Positions 9,995 to 19,248 of a DNA stretch of 64,000 nucleotides are shown one piece after another. The notes beneath the pieces are model-generated. The model was given only the letters and a program-made list of their open reading frames with translations, was not told the DNA's origin and did not search any database. The position numbers and the translations under genes were made by a program. The DNA lies in the IMG/VR virus record IMGVR_UViG_3300037755_001279, positions 1-64,000 of that record; one strand, 5' to 3'. Every line of letters begins with the position of its first letter. Within the stretch, counting starts at the first letter, position 1. This DNA is from a virus.

Positions 9995-10477
9995 TCACCC
10001 TGGATGACAGTATGGCGTGGGAGGGCACCATGGCGTGCGTGGCTTTACCGGGCGACCTGACCGGCGATCTTGCTCGTCGATAGCGGCATCGAGGACGTTG
10101 CAGAGGGCCCACTCGGCGAGATCTTTTCGCCGGGGCGTCCCATGGTTCAGCCCGTCGGGGTCTGCCGCGTAGATAGCTGCGCGGAGGTCTTCGTCGACGA
10201 CCCCGGCGGCATCGACGATGTACTCAAGGCTGCCGTAGTTGCCGTAGTTCGCGTTGGGCCAGCGGCGTGCATCCGTCGTTAGCTCGGGGGTTTGAGCTTC
10301 GCGCCGACCGCTGCGAATCAGCTCGTCGACGTCATCATCGCTGTGGTACCGCCCTGACTGCACGGTGGTCTCGGCGTTGAGGTAGTGTCGCGGCACTGCG
10401 TGGATCTCGACGCCATTCACAATCAATCCGATCTCCGGCTGCCAAACAGTCATGCCACCCACGCGCAGCAGCGCCAT
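9995..10477 (-). CDS. Hypothetical protein
   Basis: TGATG coupling to upstream gene. Confidence 0.55.
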   Translation of the reverse strand: MALLRVGGMTVWQPEIGLIVNGVEIHAVPRHYLNAETTVQSGRYHSDDDVDELIRSGRREAQTPELTTDARRWPNANYGNYGSLEYIVDAAGVVDEDLRAAIYAADPDGLNHGTPRRKDLAEWALCNVLDAAIDEQDRRSGRPVKPRTPWCPPTPYCHPG

Positions 10478-11361
10478 CAGCGCCGACGACGGCGCCGAAA
10501 CCCGCTGATCGACGGCGCCGGCTCCGCCGCCACGGCCGTCCCACGACGCCTGGTTCGCTTTTCGACACCGTACCGGAAGACGTTGATCAGCGCTGTCGAT
10601 GCCACAGCACCGGCGCTGATGATGCCCAGCAGGAACATCCGATCCTGGTGCCGGCGCTGTTCGAGGAGCGACGCCGAGATGGGATCTAGTGGTGGTGGTG
10701 CTACGACGTCATCCGCGTCACCCAGGCCGGCAAATCCGCGGCCGCGCCGCGTCATGAATGCCGGCCCGTACGTCGCCGGTTGACCCTGCGGTGGGATCCA
10801 CGGTGCGGGCGACCACAGACCCTGCGTGAAGGGAATCCACTGTGAGATCACCGGCGTGTGATCGTACTGCGTCGCCAGCTGCAAATCTGTCGGCACGGCG
10901 CCCAGGGTACCGTTGATGCCGCCGGCGGCGCTGTCGGGCTCATACGCCGACGTCTCCCACCAACGGAAGCCGGGGCCGCGCTCGGGCCGCTTGGTGCAGT
11001 ACGTCCCTGGGCCGAAGTCCTTGGTCGCCGAAACCATCTCGTAGCTCGGGTTCGGGCTGCGGTCGCCGTAGGGCGCCAGCACGATGCCGAGGTCGCCTCG
11101 GCGCCGCCGGCCGAACACACGACCCAGGCCGCCGCGCAGCGCCTCGATCGAACCGTACGGATCCATCACCGTACGGATGCGCGCGCCTGCGCGCTGCACA
11201 CCGGCGACGAACTTGCCCGGTGGGTACAACCAGTACCGCTGACGTGCCACCCGTGCCGGGTTTTCGCAGCCGACGGTTTCACCGACCGGCCCGGCCAGGG
11301 TCATCGTGGTGGTGCCCGGGGCGACGCCAACGGACATGGGCAGGCTCTGGGCGGTCTGCAT
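10477..11361 (-). CDS. Putative virion membrane precursor with GLG motifs, TM helix and poly-Arg tail
   Basis: LRGGLG, FAGLGD, TM MFLLGIISAGAV..., C-terminal ISGFRRRRRR. Confidence 0.7.
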   Translation of the reverse strand: MQTAQSLPMSVGVAPGTTTMTLAGPVGETVGCENPARVARQRYWLYPPGKFVAGVQRAGARIRTVMDPYGSIEALRGGLGRVFGRRRRGDLGIVLAPYGDRSPNPSYEMVSATKDFGPGTYCTKRPERGPGFRWWETSAYEPDSAAGGINGTLGAVPTDLQLATQYDHTPVISQWIPFTQGLWSPAPWIPPQGQPATYGPAFMTRRGRGFAGLGDADDVVAPPPLDPISASLLEQRRHQDRMFLLGIISAGAVASTALINVFRYGVEKRTRRRGTAVAAEPAPSISGFRRRRRR

Positions 11362-11412
11362 GGGTGGATCTAGCGTATCACGGCGTCGGGGCCCTGTGGT
11401 AGGCTGACCACC

Positions 11413-11646
11413 ATGGCGCGTTTTTCCTTTCGTCCTAGTGCCGCCGGCGGTTGCTCCGGTTCATGCCCCGCCGGCTGTTGGCTCGAACGCGACGGCAGCG
11501 GCAATTGCTACTGCTACTGCGGCGACACCGGCGCCAAGCTCCGTGGCCTCGGCGCGGCGCTGACGCCGGGCAAGATCGTGCTGGGGACGTTGTTCCTGGC
11601 TGGTGCCGCCGCCGCGGGCAAGCTCATCGCCAACGCGCTGCGGTGA
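11413..11646 (+). CDS. Cys-rich micro-protein with LRGLG and C-terminal TM
   Basis: 6 Cys in N-half, LRGLG, hydrophobic tail; promoter 7 nt upstream. Confidence 0.65.
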   Translation: MARFSFRPSAAGGCSGSCPAGCWLERDGSGNCYCYCGDTGAKLRGLGAALTPGKIVLGTLFLAGAAAAGKLIANALR

Positions 11647-11647
11647 C

Positions 11648-12025
11648 ATGCGGCTGGCCGTCGATGTTCACATCAGCCGGCGTACCTGCGACGCGTTGAT
11701 CGACAGCGGCCATGTGATCGTTACGCGCGCCCGCGACCGCGAGCGTGACGAGGACTTCTTCACGCGTGCCGTTGCTGACGGTGCGGAGGGCATTGTCACG
11801 GCGGACAAAGACTTCGCCGAGATGACGCAGCGAGCGAACGTCTACTGGATCCGCGTGGCAGGCCATGTGTCGCCGCCGACACAGGCGGCGCTGGCGTTGC
11901 TACGGCTCGAAGCAATCGCGCGGCGCAAAGCTGCGCAAATTGCGCGACACGAAGCGCGCCGGGACACAACGGCAGCGACACGCGCCGACGGCGCTGAATT
12001 GCCGCCGTTTGCGCGGCGCTCTTAG
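11648..12025 (+). CDS. DUF5615-like PIN-fold protein
   Basis: MRLAVDVHI...D..F...A...IVTADKDF signature. Confidence 0.75.
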   Translation: MRLAVDVHISRRTCDALIDSGHVIVTRARDRERDEDFFTRAVADGAEGIVTADKDFAEMTQRANVYWIRVAGHVSPPTQAALALLRLEAIARRKAAQIARHEARRDTTAATRADGAELPPFARRS

Positions 12026-12426
12026 AGCAACTTTGCCAGGCGCTCCATGTTGAGCACCATGGCGTCGGCGGCGCCCTTGAGCTTGTTCAGCTCGATCTGC
12101 ATCGACGCGGTGCCGGCCTTGGTGACGGCTTCCTTGCCGATCAGCAGGGCGCGGATCTCGTGCTTTGGATCGACCTCGACACCGGCGATGGTCGCGAGCT
12201 GCTTGAAGCGCTTCAAGAAGTCGGTCACGGCGTCTTCGTCGTCCTTGAAGAGGCCGAGGCGGATGGTCATGACGACGGCGCCCGCGGCGGTGGAGGCCCA
12301 TCGGTCGATCTCGGCGGCAGTGCTCGCGCGCTTCTTGCGCCAGGCGTCGAGGCCGAGCAAGCCGGTCAAGATGGTGATCAGCGGCGCGGCGGTTTCCGGG
12401 TTCGATAGAAATTGCCAGAGGGTCAT
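12022..12426 (-). CDS. N-terminal TM protein (holin-like or virion membrane)
   Basis: TM helix followed by WRKKR; palindrome upstream. Confidence 0.55.
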   Translation of the reverse strand: MTLWQFLSNPETAAPLITILTGLLGLDAWRKKRASTAAEIDRWASTAAGAVVMTIRLGLFKDDEDAVTDFLKRFKQLATIAGVEVDPKHEIRALLIGKEAVTKAGTASMQIELNKLKGAADAMVLNMERLAKLL

Positions 12427-12449
12427 GGTAGGCCGGGACGTTATCACAG

Positions 12450-12465
12450 GATCGCGTGCACGATC
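12450..12465. promoter_or_regulatory. GATCG-N6-CGATC palindrome between divergent genes
   Basis: gatcgcgtgcacgatc. Confidence 0.7.
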
Positions 12466-12488
12466 CGGCTTGTGGTACGCTGCCGATC

Positions 12489-12815
12489 ATGAAGCGGATC
12501 GACGATAGCCATCAGCCGTTCAAGCGCACCCGCAAGATTGGTCCCGGCCCGCGCAAGCGCCCGGCGATCCACGAGAGCAAGACCTTCGTGTGTCGGCGCG
12601 GCAAGCCGACGACGAAGCACTACATCCAGCACTGCGTCTACGTCGGCGCGGACGGCGTGAAGCACCAGACGACGATCAAGACCAAGAAGAAGTGGAAGCG
12701 CAGCTACAACAAGGTCTACCGGGCTTGGGCGCGCAACAAGCGCGCGGCGCTGGTGGCGCGTGGTCCGCAGCGTAGTTATCGGTGCCGGCGGACGGCGCGG
12801 ACGCGCTGTCGCTGA
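12489..12815 (+). CDS. Highly basic Lys/Arg-rich protein (putative DNA-condensing core protein)
   Basis: Very K/R-rich, AAG/CGC codons in frame, extended -10 7 nt upstream. Confidence 0.7.
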   Translation: MKRIDDSHQPFKRTRKIGPGPRKRPAIHESKTFVCRRGKPTTKHYIQHCVYVGADGVKHQTTIKTKKKWKRSYNKVYRAWARNKRAALVARGPQRSYRCRRTARTRCR

Positions 12816-12835
12816 CGCGTGATACTGTCCGTCGC

Positions 12836-13147
12836 ATGTACGAATGGCCGACGGACCGGACGATCCGCACACGCTGGGCGAAGTCAGCGGACATTGAGAC
12901 CCGCTGGCGGTCGGTCACGACCGACGTGCAGGTCATCGTACGTACGACCACGCGGCGGGACACGCGCCGAACCGTCCACGGCGTGCGCAGGCAATGCTAC
13001 ATGCGCCTCAGCGGGGCGATGTACATCCTCGTCGGCGCCGGAGTGGTGCGCTGGCCCAATTTCAACGAAGACGCGGCCGTCAAGCGCGCGCAGCAGTACG
13101 AACGTGCGTTCGAAGCTAGCGCCGGCGCCGTGCGCACTGCGCGGTGA
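12836..13147 (+). CDS. Hypothetical protein
   Basis: ORF track; TGATACTGT -10 just upstream. Confidence 0.5.
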   Translation: MYEWPTDRTIRTRWAKSADIETRWRSVTTDVQVIVRTTTRRDTRRTVHGVRRQCYMRLSGAMYILVGAGVVRWPNFNEDAAVKRAQQYERAFEASAGAVRTAR

Positions 13148-13375
13148 CACGCACGCCCGCGCGTTCGCCTTTTCGTCTCGTTTCAAGCTCCACCAGCGCT
13201 TCGCGCAGCCAAGCGATTTGCTCAAGACTGATCGACTTGACGTATGACCGTGGATCGCGCGGTAGCTTGTCTCGCAGGAACCTGAGCTGTTTCAGCGTGA
13301 TCACGGGGATGGTGCTGATCGTATCATGCTCGTTGACGGCGCATAACGAGCGGGATTCCCCCAACACCTGCGACG

Positions 13376-13708
13376 TCAGCGCCGGTATATGGACAGCGGT
13401 GGCCGTGCTCGCCGCCGACGGCGCGCCGTCTGTAACCTCGACACACGACACAGTGCTTGATTCACACGGCCCGCGGGGATCAGGCGGCCGCCGTTGTCGA
13501 TGAAGATCCGGTGTGCCGCGGTCTTTCGCTGCGCACCTTTCGTTCCACGCTTGATGACCACCTTCCAACCGTCGATCTTGAACGTGCCGTGGAAGTCCGC
13601 CGGGATCTTGCTGTTCTTGAACCCGAGGGCTTGACGGATGCGTGACGTGCCAGTGTCCCACTCCCAGGCGCAGGGGCTCGACGGCAGCGGTTTGTACGTG
13701 AAGGCCAT
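13376..13708 (-). CDS. Basic protein with Arg-rich tail
   Basis: TARRRRRAR tail; TGATACGGT -10 7 nt upstream. Confidence 0.65.
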   Translation of the reverse strand: MAFTYKPLPSSPCAWEWDTGTSRIRQALGFKNSKIPADFHGTFKIDGWKVVIKRGTKGAQRKTAAHRIFIDNGGRLIPAGRVNQALCRVSRLQTARRRRRARPPLSIYRR

Positions 13709-13827
13709 GGTGTTGACCGTATCACGGTAGGACGTGCCGTAAAACGACGTGTCGCGTCGTCACGATGTCGGACCTATGTGGTAGGGTCCGGTTGCCAGCG
13801 GAAGGGGCACGACAGCCCTCTCGTGGG

Positions 13828-13869
13828 ACGGCGCCGGTTGTTGGACCTTCCGGTGCCGTTCTTTTTTTG
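13828..13869 (+). terminator. Rho-independent terminator
   Basis: ACGGCGCCGG/CCGGTGCCGT stem followed by TCTTTTTTT. Confidence 0.75.
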
Positions 13870-13888
13870 TCGGGCGGCTCAATGAATC

Positions 13889-13962
13889 GCCGGCGTAGCC
13901 CAACTGGTAGCGGTAGCGGGTTCAAACCCCGTGAAGTGCAGGTTCGAATCCTGCCGTCGGCA
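13889..13962 (+). tRNA. tRNA-Leu(CAA), short variable arm, no encoded CCA
   Basis: Acceptor GCCGGCG/CGTCGGC, anticodon arm GCGGG-TTCAAAC-CCCGT, T arm GCAGG-TTCGAAT-CCTGC. Confidence 0.9.
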
Positions 13963-14011
13963 CCGCGTCGGTGTCACCAGCTCGTCGGACCCCTGTGCGA
14001 CAATCGTCGGT

Positions 14012-14410
14012 ATGACAGCCGAGCCTGGCGACGTGTACAAGTTCGAGTATCCCGACGAGCCGCAGTTCAACAGGACGTTGCAGGTGGTTCGGATCACCGG
14101 CTACGGGCCGGATGACCTGGTGCTCTTCGAGGACCATTCGCATAGCAAGCAGAAGAACCTGACCGCGGCGATGAAGGCGCCGGGGAAAACCGGCTTGTTT
14201 CGACATGCGGCGAAGCTCGCGCAGCGTGCGCAGGACCGGGGCGACACGATCTTCGTGTTCGAGGCGACGCATCTGGAGGTCAAGCTGCGGACATCCTCGA
14301 CGAGCCCGTTTCATAACTTGTCGGACGGTGCTGTCGTCTACGTCGAGATCGGCGTGGATCCATCCGTTCCCGGCGCGCCGGCAAGTCGAGACCTCGACGA
14401 CCCGCGGTAG
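14012..14410 (+). CDS. Hypothetical protein
   Basis: ATG 7 nt after GTCGGA-type promoter. Confidence 0.65.
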   Translation: MTAEPGDVYKFEYPDEPQFNRTLQVVRITGYGPDDLVLFEDHSHSKQKNLTAAMKAPGKTGLFRHAAKLAQRAQDRGDTIFVFEATHLEVKLRTSSTSPFHNLSDGAVVYVEIGVDPSVPGAPASRDLDDPR

Positions 14411-14454
14411 GCTCCGTCGGACCCGTGTGGCATTCTCCGCACCTGGAGGAACTC

Positions 14455-14916
14455 ATGCGCAAGATGTTCAGGATGGCCTACGAGAGCTGCAGCGGTAGCT
14501 GCTACGCCTACAGCGACGTGATGCGGATCCACAACCTCGGCCTCGACGCCGAGGGTGCGGCCGCGTTCTTGAAGCGGTTGCTCGCCATGCACGCGCCGTC
14601 GTGCGGCAACGGTCACCTGGCGTTTCGGCTCGACGTTGATGATGACCTTGGCGTCTTCGTCGCGTCGTTCCAACGCTACGGCGCGCTCGACCTGTTTGCT
14701 GACAAGACGCCGTTGGGTGCGATGAACAAGCTCATCGACGGCGCGTTGGCGTTCTACGCCACCAACGAGTACAAGCTGGCGATCGCCGCGTTGCCCGGTC
14801 ACGGTCCGGCGGCGTGTCAGCATGGCGACGACAAGAAGCTCGTCAACTTCGCCATCGCGTTCAGCGGCCTGTCCGATGCCGAGCAAGCCGAGCTGCGCGC
14901 GCAGTTCGCGAGCTAA
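14455..14916 (+). CDS. Hypothetical protein
   Basis: GGAGGA RBS and GTCGGA-type promoter. Confidence 0.65.
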   Translation: MRKMFRMAYESCSGSCYAYSDVMRIHNLGLDAEGAAAFLKRLLAMHAPSCGNGHLAFRLDVDDDLGVFVASFQRYGALDLFADKTPLGAMNKLIDGALAFYATNEYKLAIAALPGHGPAACQHGDDKKLVNFAIAFSGLSDAEQAELRAQFAS

Positions 14917-15647
14917 AGCACCGCGCGCGCGCCGCGATACGCCACCACCGACGCACCGATCGCGCCGAACCCGATCGCCGCCATCCCGAGGTACGTCCCC
15001 CACCAGCGCCCGGTCGCGCTCATGAATGCCGACCGGCTGACGCGCACGCCGGCGTTCGGCTCGCTCATCGATGGCGCCACCTCGACGTAGTCCGAGAATC
15101 CGCTGAGGCCCTGCTTGGGCACGGCGAGCCGATAGTTCCGGCTGAAGAGGTCGTAGAACCAGATCGCCTGCGCCGGATTGCCGGGGATGGCGCCGCCGGC
15201 GGTGTAGACGATCGGCGCCGTCACCGTGTTGCTGGTGACGGCGTACGGATTGCCACCGGGCTGCCACAGCGTACCGGCCTTGATCGACGCGGCCGTCGGC
15301 GTCGGCGGTGTCGTCGCCCCCGATCCGATTCGGTATGCCTCCAGGGCGATGATGCCCTTGGAGATGGTGCCTGCGTTGCGCGTGATGATGCCGTAGGCCT
15401 GTTTTTGCCCGTCGGCCGTCGCGAGCAACAGCGCCATGACCGGCGCCAGCGCCCGGATCTCCTCTGGCATCCCGGGGACGCGCGGCAGCATCGCGATCAC
15501 GGCCATGGCCGTGCGTGCACCGACGATGCCGTCAACGGTGCCGGGGTCGGCAGGCGCGTAGCCGGTGAGCTGTACATATGCCTTGAGGACGCGCTGCAGC
15601 TCGGCAACGCCGGAGTCACTCTTGGGGGTAGCGCCGGGGGCGGCCAT
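14913..15647 (-). CDS. Peptidoglycan-binding-domain protein with C-terminal TM
   Basis: VAELQRVL...GTVDGIVGARTAMA (PG_binding_1-like) and hydrophobic tail. Confidence 0.7.
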   Translation of the reverse strand: MAAPGATPKSDSGVAELQRVLKAYVQLTGYAPADPGTVDGIVGARTAMAVIAMLPRVPGMPEEIRALAPVMALLLATADGQKQAYGIITRNAGTISKGIIALEAYRIGSGATTPPTPTAASIKAGTLWQPGGNPYAVTSNTVTAPIVYTAGGAIPGNPAQAIWFYDLFSRNYRLAVPKQGLSGFSDYVEVAPSMSEPNAGVRVSRSAFMSATGRWWGTYLGMAAIGFGAIGASVVAYRGARAVL

Positions 15648-15660
15648 GGTGGTTCTTTCT

Positions 15661-16995
15661 TCAGTGCCGCGTAGCGGCGTAAACGGTCGCGGCGCCGGCA
15701 GCAGCAACGCCGCCGACCATCATACCGATCTTGGTCGTGCTTCGCTGCAGCCACGGCAGCGTTGCGCGCTCCCACTCGGTCTTGTTGACCAGGCGGATGC
15801 CGATTGCAGGTAGCTTGGGCAGCACGCCGGCATTGACCACGCGATGCGTGGTGCCGGGCCCCGGAAACGGCACGGCGACACGGAATCCGCCGGCGCCGGT
15901 ATCGTACCAGGCGATGGACCCTGGTGGGTACGCACCTGCACCTGGGATCTCCGGCGCCGCGCCGCCGGGTGACGGCAGCCGGCCGGCGCTAGCCGGCAAG
16001 CTGGCGCCAGCGGCGCTGGCGGCGTTGCCCCAGGCGGTACCGCCCTTGACGCTCTGGACGACGGCGCCGGTCGTGTTGGTCGGCACGACTGTGGCCGCGT
16101 TGACCTCGCCCGGCACCGGCGGCTGCGGCACGCACGGCGGCTGTGACACGGCGAGGCCGCACATTGACAGGACGACGCCGTGCGCAGCGAGATACGGTGC
16201 AATCGCCGGGAACGCCGTCAAAGCTGCTGTAGTGGCCGCCATGGCTTCAGGGCTCGACGCCAGGGCACACAGCTTACCGAGGTTTTTCTTACCCCAGGCC
16301 TCGACATCGGTGACGGTTTGCCCCCATGCGCCTTTGTACACGAGGCGGATCGTGTATCGGACACTGCGGTCCGCCGGATGATAGCTGCCCCATAGCTCGA
16401 CCTCTTCAACCTTGGACCCCATCCACGGTTGCGGTCCGGTGCGTTGCAACCGACCGCCGGTGCTGATCGTCTTTTCGTCGAGGAGATACCCACCGCGCTT
16501 GATGAATGCGCCCGCAGTTTCACCCGGCAACGGCTGAACCTGAACGGCAAGGTCACCGATGCGTAGCTTCCATTGCGACGTGCTGTACGGGTTTGGCTGC
16601 AGCACCGTCGCCACCGGCAAGTTCTTGTAGTCCAGCGTGTACTTCGGCGCCAGACCAGGGGCTTGTGGGACGGGGCTGCGACCCTTCGAGAATTGCGCTT
16701 GGAACGTATCGCGGCTGCGCGCCGCCATAAGCTTGAGGATCGCGGGCACGCGCGGGTCTTTGAGATCAGCGGTGATTGCCGTTTCCCAATACCGGTTGCC
16801 GCCCGGCGCTTCCCAGCCGCGGGTGATGAAGTCGTTCCACGATACGGCGATCGTGTAGAAGAGGCTGCTGGCGGCGCAGCCGTTGTTGGTCTCGGTGCCC
16901 GGCAAACACGCCGCCGCGAACAGAAACGCCGGGATGTTGCGGCCCAAATTGGGCAGGTCGGACAGATTTGCCCGGGGACAGGGCGGCGGTGCCAT
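15661..16995 (-). CDS. Putative virion protein with C-terminal TM
   Basis: Long ORF, Pro/Ala linker, tail anchor; its IAWYD...FRVAVP segment resembles AIWFYD...YRLAVP in the next gene. Confidence 0.7.
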   Translation of the reverse strand: MAPPPCPRANLSDLPNLGRNIPAFLFAAACLPGTETNNGCAASSLFYTIAVSWNDFITRGWEAPGGNRYWETAITADLKDPRVPAILKLMAARSRDTFQAQFSKGRSPVPQAPGLAPKYTLDYKNLPVATVLQPNPYSTSQWKLRIGDLAVQVQPLPGETAGAFIKRGGYLLDEKTISTGGRLQRTGPQPWMGSKVEEVELWGSYHPADRSVRYTIRLVYKGAWGQTVTDVEAWGKKNLGKLCALASSPEAMAATTAALTAFPAIAPYLAAHGVVLSMCGLAVSQPPCVPQPPVPGEVNAATVVPTNTTGAVVQSVKGGTAWGNAASAAGASLPASAGRLPSPGGAAPEIPGAGAYPPGSIAWYDTGAGGFRVAVPFPGPGTTHRVVNAGVLPKLPAIGIRLVNKTEWERATLPWLQRSTTKIGMMVGGVAAAGAATVYAATRH

Positions 16996-17013
16996 GCCTG
17001 TCAACGTACATCG

Positions 17014-17029
17014 GATCGGGTGCGCGATC
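17014..17029. promoter_or_regulatory. GATCG-N6-CGATC palindrome between divergent genes
   Basis: gatcgggtgcgcgatc. Confidence 0.7.
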
Positions 17030-17060
17030 CACGGGCGTTGTGATACCGTGTTGACTAACC

Positions 17061-17810
17061 ATGGCTCGGACCTCGATTTTCCGCTCGCCGATTTTCTGGG
17101 GTGGCGTCGGCGTGCTTGCTGCGGGCGTCGGGGTGGTGCTGCACCAGCGCCGAAACGAGTTGCTGGGGCGCGGCCGCGGCCCGCGCGCCGCCGGCCCCAC
17201 GCCGGTGTTGATCACGCGCAACCCGGCCAAGATGCCGACGGCCAGTGAGACGCGGCACATCGACGGGCGGACGGTCAAGCGCTTCGACATGAAGTCGATG
17301 TCGATCGACGAGCGTTTGAAGCTCATCCAGGCGCAGACCTGGGACGGCGTGCAGGATCCGCGTATCCGCAAGCTGGCGTTTCAGATCACCGCAGGCTGCG
17401 GGCGGGACGACGGCGATTGCGAGGCGCGGCGCATCTTCGACGCCGTCAAGGCCAAGGTCCGGTACACCGGCGACGTCGGCCCGGTCATCAACCCGGCTAC
17501 CGGCAAGGTCGAGGGCATGGACTACTACCAGAAGCCCTGGGTGACCTGGGAGTACGGCGGCGGTGACTGCGACGACGCGGTCGCCCTGGTGTCGTCATTG
17601 ATGGCAGTGATCGGGCACACGGTCCGTCTGCGCGTCAGCGCTCCGTCGCGGCTGGCGGATTGGGCGCACATCTACCCGGTTTCGATCCTGCCCAAGGACA
17701 ACCCGCGGACGCCGAAGGCCGTGGACATCACGTTGCCGTGGAAGGCGCAGGTCGGGTCCGAGGCGAAGTACGGCAAGGCGCGGGACTACTTGATCGAGGC
17801 GCCGGCGTGA
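17061..17810 (+). CDS. Transglutaminase-like cysteine protease with N-terminal TM (candidate maturation protease)
   Basis: VRYTGD...GDCDD (Cys), WAHIYP (His), AVDIT (Asp) triad. Confidence 0.8.
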   Translation: MARTSIFRSPIFWGGVGVLAAGVGVVLHQRRNELLGRGRGPRAAGPTPVLITRNPAKMPTASETRHIDGRTVKRFDMKSMSIDERLKLIQAQTWDGVQDPRIRKLAFQITAGCGRDDGDCEARRIFDAVKAKVRYTGDVGPVINPATGKVEGMDYYQKPWVTWEYGGGDCDDAVALVSSLMAVIGHTVRLRVSAPSRLADWAHIYPVSILPKDNPRTPKAVDITLPWKAQVGSEAKYGKARDYLIEAPA

Positions 17811-17842
17811 TGCTGCAGCGCGCAACGAAGAGGAGCTAGGAC

Positions 17843-18016
17843 ATGGCGTTCTCACCGAAAATGGCAATGCGGATGGCACACGCGCGCTGCAAGCGCGACG
17901 CGCACAAGTTTCCGTCGTACGTGCGCTGCGTCGGTGCCGTCATCCAACGCATCGCCAAGGGGTCGGGCATCAGCAAGACCGGGCTGCGCGGTGGCCGTCG
18001 ACGGCGGAAGCGTTGA
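17843..18016 (+). CDS. 57-aa basic peptide ending LRGGRRRRKR (below ORF-track cutoff)
   Basis: GAGGAG RBS, ATG 17843, TGA 18014-16; translated by hand. Confidence 0.7.
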   Translation: MAFSPKMAMRMAHARCKRDAHKFPSYVRCVGAVIQRIAKGSGISKTGLRGGRRRRKR

Positions 18017-18192
18017 TGACCAACCACCGTAACGTCAAGCCTGACAACATGTCGCCGTGTCCGCTTTGCAGCGAACCGATGAAAACGCCGATGCGCAACC
18101 CGGACACCGGCAAGTTCTCACGTACGCGTTGTGCGAAATGCGGCACCACGCGTACACTGGTGCCCGCCGAAGACCACACCAGCTGGAACTGA
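18016..18192 (+). CDS. 58-aa Zn-ribbon peptide (below cutoff)
   Basis: CPLC...CAKC; TGATG coupling. Confidence 0.6.
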   Translation: MTNHRNVKPDNMSPCPLCSEPMKTPMRNPDTGKFSRTRCAKCGTTRTLVPAEDHTSWN

Positions 18193-18195
18193 ACC

Positions 18196-18660
18196 ATGAA
18201 CCCCATCGCCGACCTCCGCGCCGCCATTGCACGGCTCGATCACGTCCCCGGTAATACGCCGGTCGAGTTGGCGGCGAGCTATGGCGCGCCGCCGGCGCTT
18301 GCCTACGATGCGCGCATCGGATTGGTGCGCCTGAACGTCGGCGGCGGCAGCCCGGCCGGGCGGCCGACGATGGCGCAGCTGCGCGCCTGGTTCAGCGTGC
18401 CGACGTCCGGTGGTCTTGCCGGGCCCTGGGATTCTGCCCGCGGCCTGGAACAACTCAACTGGCGCGGGCTCTTGGTGCTCGCCAGCGCGCTGATCTCCGG
18501 CTTCCACGGCGTACGACGTAACGGCGGCTCGCCGTTCTGGGGCGTCGTGTGGTTCGGACTCGGCGCGGCGCTGCCCGGCGTGGTGCCGGTCGTGGCGCTG
18601 GCGCAGGGCTACGGTCAATGCGCCAACAATTGTCGGCTGTCGCCGACGGAGCGGCGTTGA
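18196..18660 (+). CDS. Membrane protein, paralog A
   Basis: GFHGVRRNGGSPFWGVVW...ALAQGYGQC. Confidence 0.7.
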   Translation: MNPIADLRAAIARLDHVPGNTPVELAASYGAPPALAYDARIGLVRLNVGGGSPAGRPTMAQLRAWFSVPTSGGLAGPWDSARGLEQLNWRGLLVLASALISGFHGVRRNGGSPFWGVVWFGLGAALPGVVPVVALAQGYGQCANNCRLSPTERR

Positions 18661-18686
18661 TTCGCCGCGCGCAAGGAAATCAACCA

Positions 18687-18944
18687 ATGATGCCCCTCGG
18701 ACTCCTCGATTACCGCGTCGAACAGCGCCTCGGCGCACCGACCTTCGAAACCCCGGGCTTCGGCGTCTGGACCGTGCTCTCGCTCGCCAGCGCCGGCGTC
18801 AGCGCCTACCACGGCAGCAAGCGTCACGGCGGCAGCATCGGCTGGGGTGTTGCCTGGGGCTTGCTCGGCGGCCTCTTTCCGATCCTGACGCCGGCGATCG
18901 GCGCTGCGCAGGGCTTTGGCACGTGCAAGTACGACTGCCGGTGA
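18687..18944 (+). CDS. Membrane protein, paralog B
   Basis: AYHGSKRHGGSIGWGVAW...AAQGFGTC. Confidence 0.7.
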   Translation: MMPLGLLDYRVEQRLGAPTFETPGFGVWTVLSLASAGVSAYHGSKRHGGSIGWGVAWGLLGGLFPILTPAIGAAQGFGTCKYDCR

Positions 18945-18948
18945 CCTC

Positions 18949-19167
18949 ATGGCCGCACGACGTAAGCACCGCGAGCTGATCCCCGGCGGCCTTGCACCTG
19001 GCGGCCGGTGCCCGCGCAACGTTCTCAAGCACGAGCTGCGCCGCGGCATCAACGTGGAGATGGAGCACACACGTTCACGCCGTGTCGCGCGTGAGATCGC
19101 GTGTGACCACCTGACTGAAGATCGGCGGTACTACACCAAGCTCGCAAGGATTGAGCGGCGGCACTGA
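18949..19167 (+). CDS. DUF5661-like protein
   Basis: GINVEMEHT...AREIACDHLTEDRRYYTKL signature. Confidence 0.75.
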   Translation: MAARRKHRELIPGGLAPGGRCPRNVLKHELRRGINVEMEHTRSRRVAREIACDHLTEDRRYYTKLARIERRH

Positions 19168-19212
19168 AAGCTCTCCCCGGAGCTTTGCAAAGATAGCGCC
19201 GCTTTGGGACTT

Positions 19213-19239
19213 GATCGCGTGCGCGATCCCGGCTACCGT
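19213..19239 (+). promoter_or_regulatory. GATCG-N6-CGATC palindrome plus -10 TACCGT
   Basis: Direct reading; ATG at 19249. Confidence 0.7.
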
Positions 19240-19248
19240 CATCACAAC

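Noticed and set aside
13889-13962. Suppressor/selenocysteine tRNA (TCA in loop) or prophage att site
   Set aside because: The 7-nt loop TTCAAAC centres on CAA; no integrase, duplicated tRNA end or host genes seen
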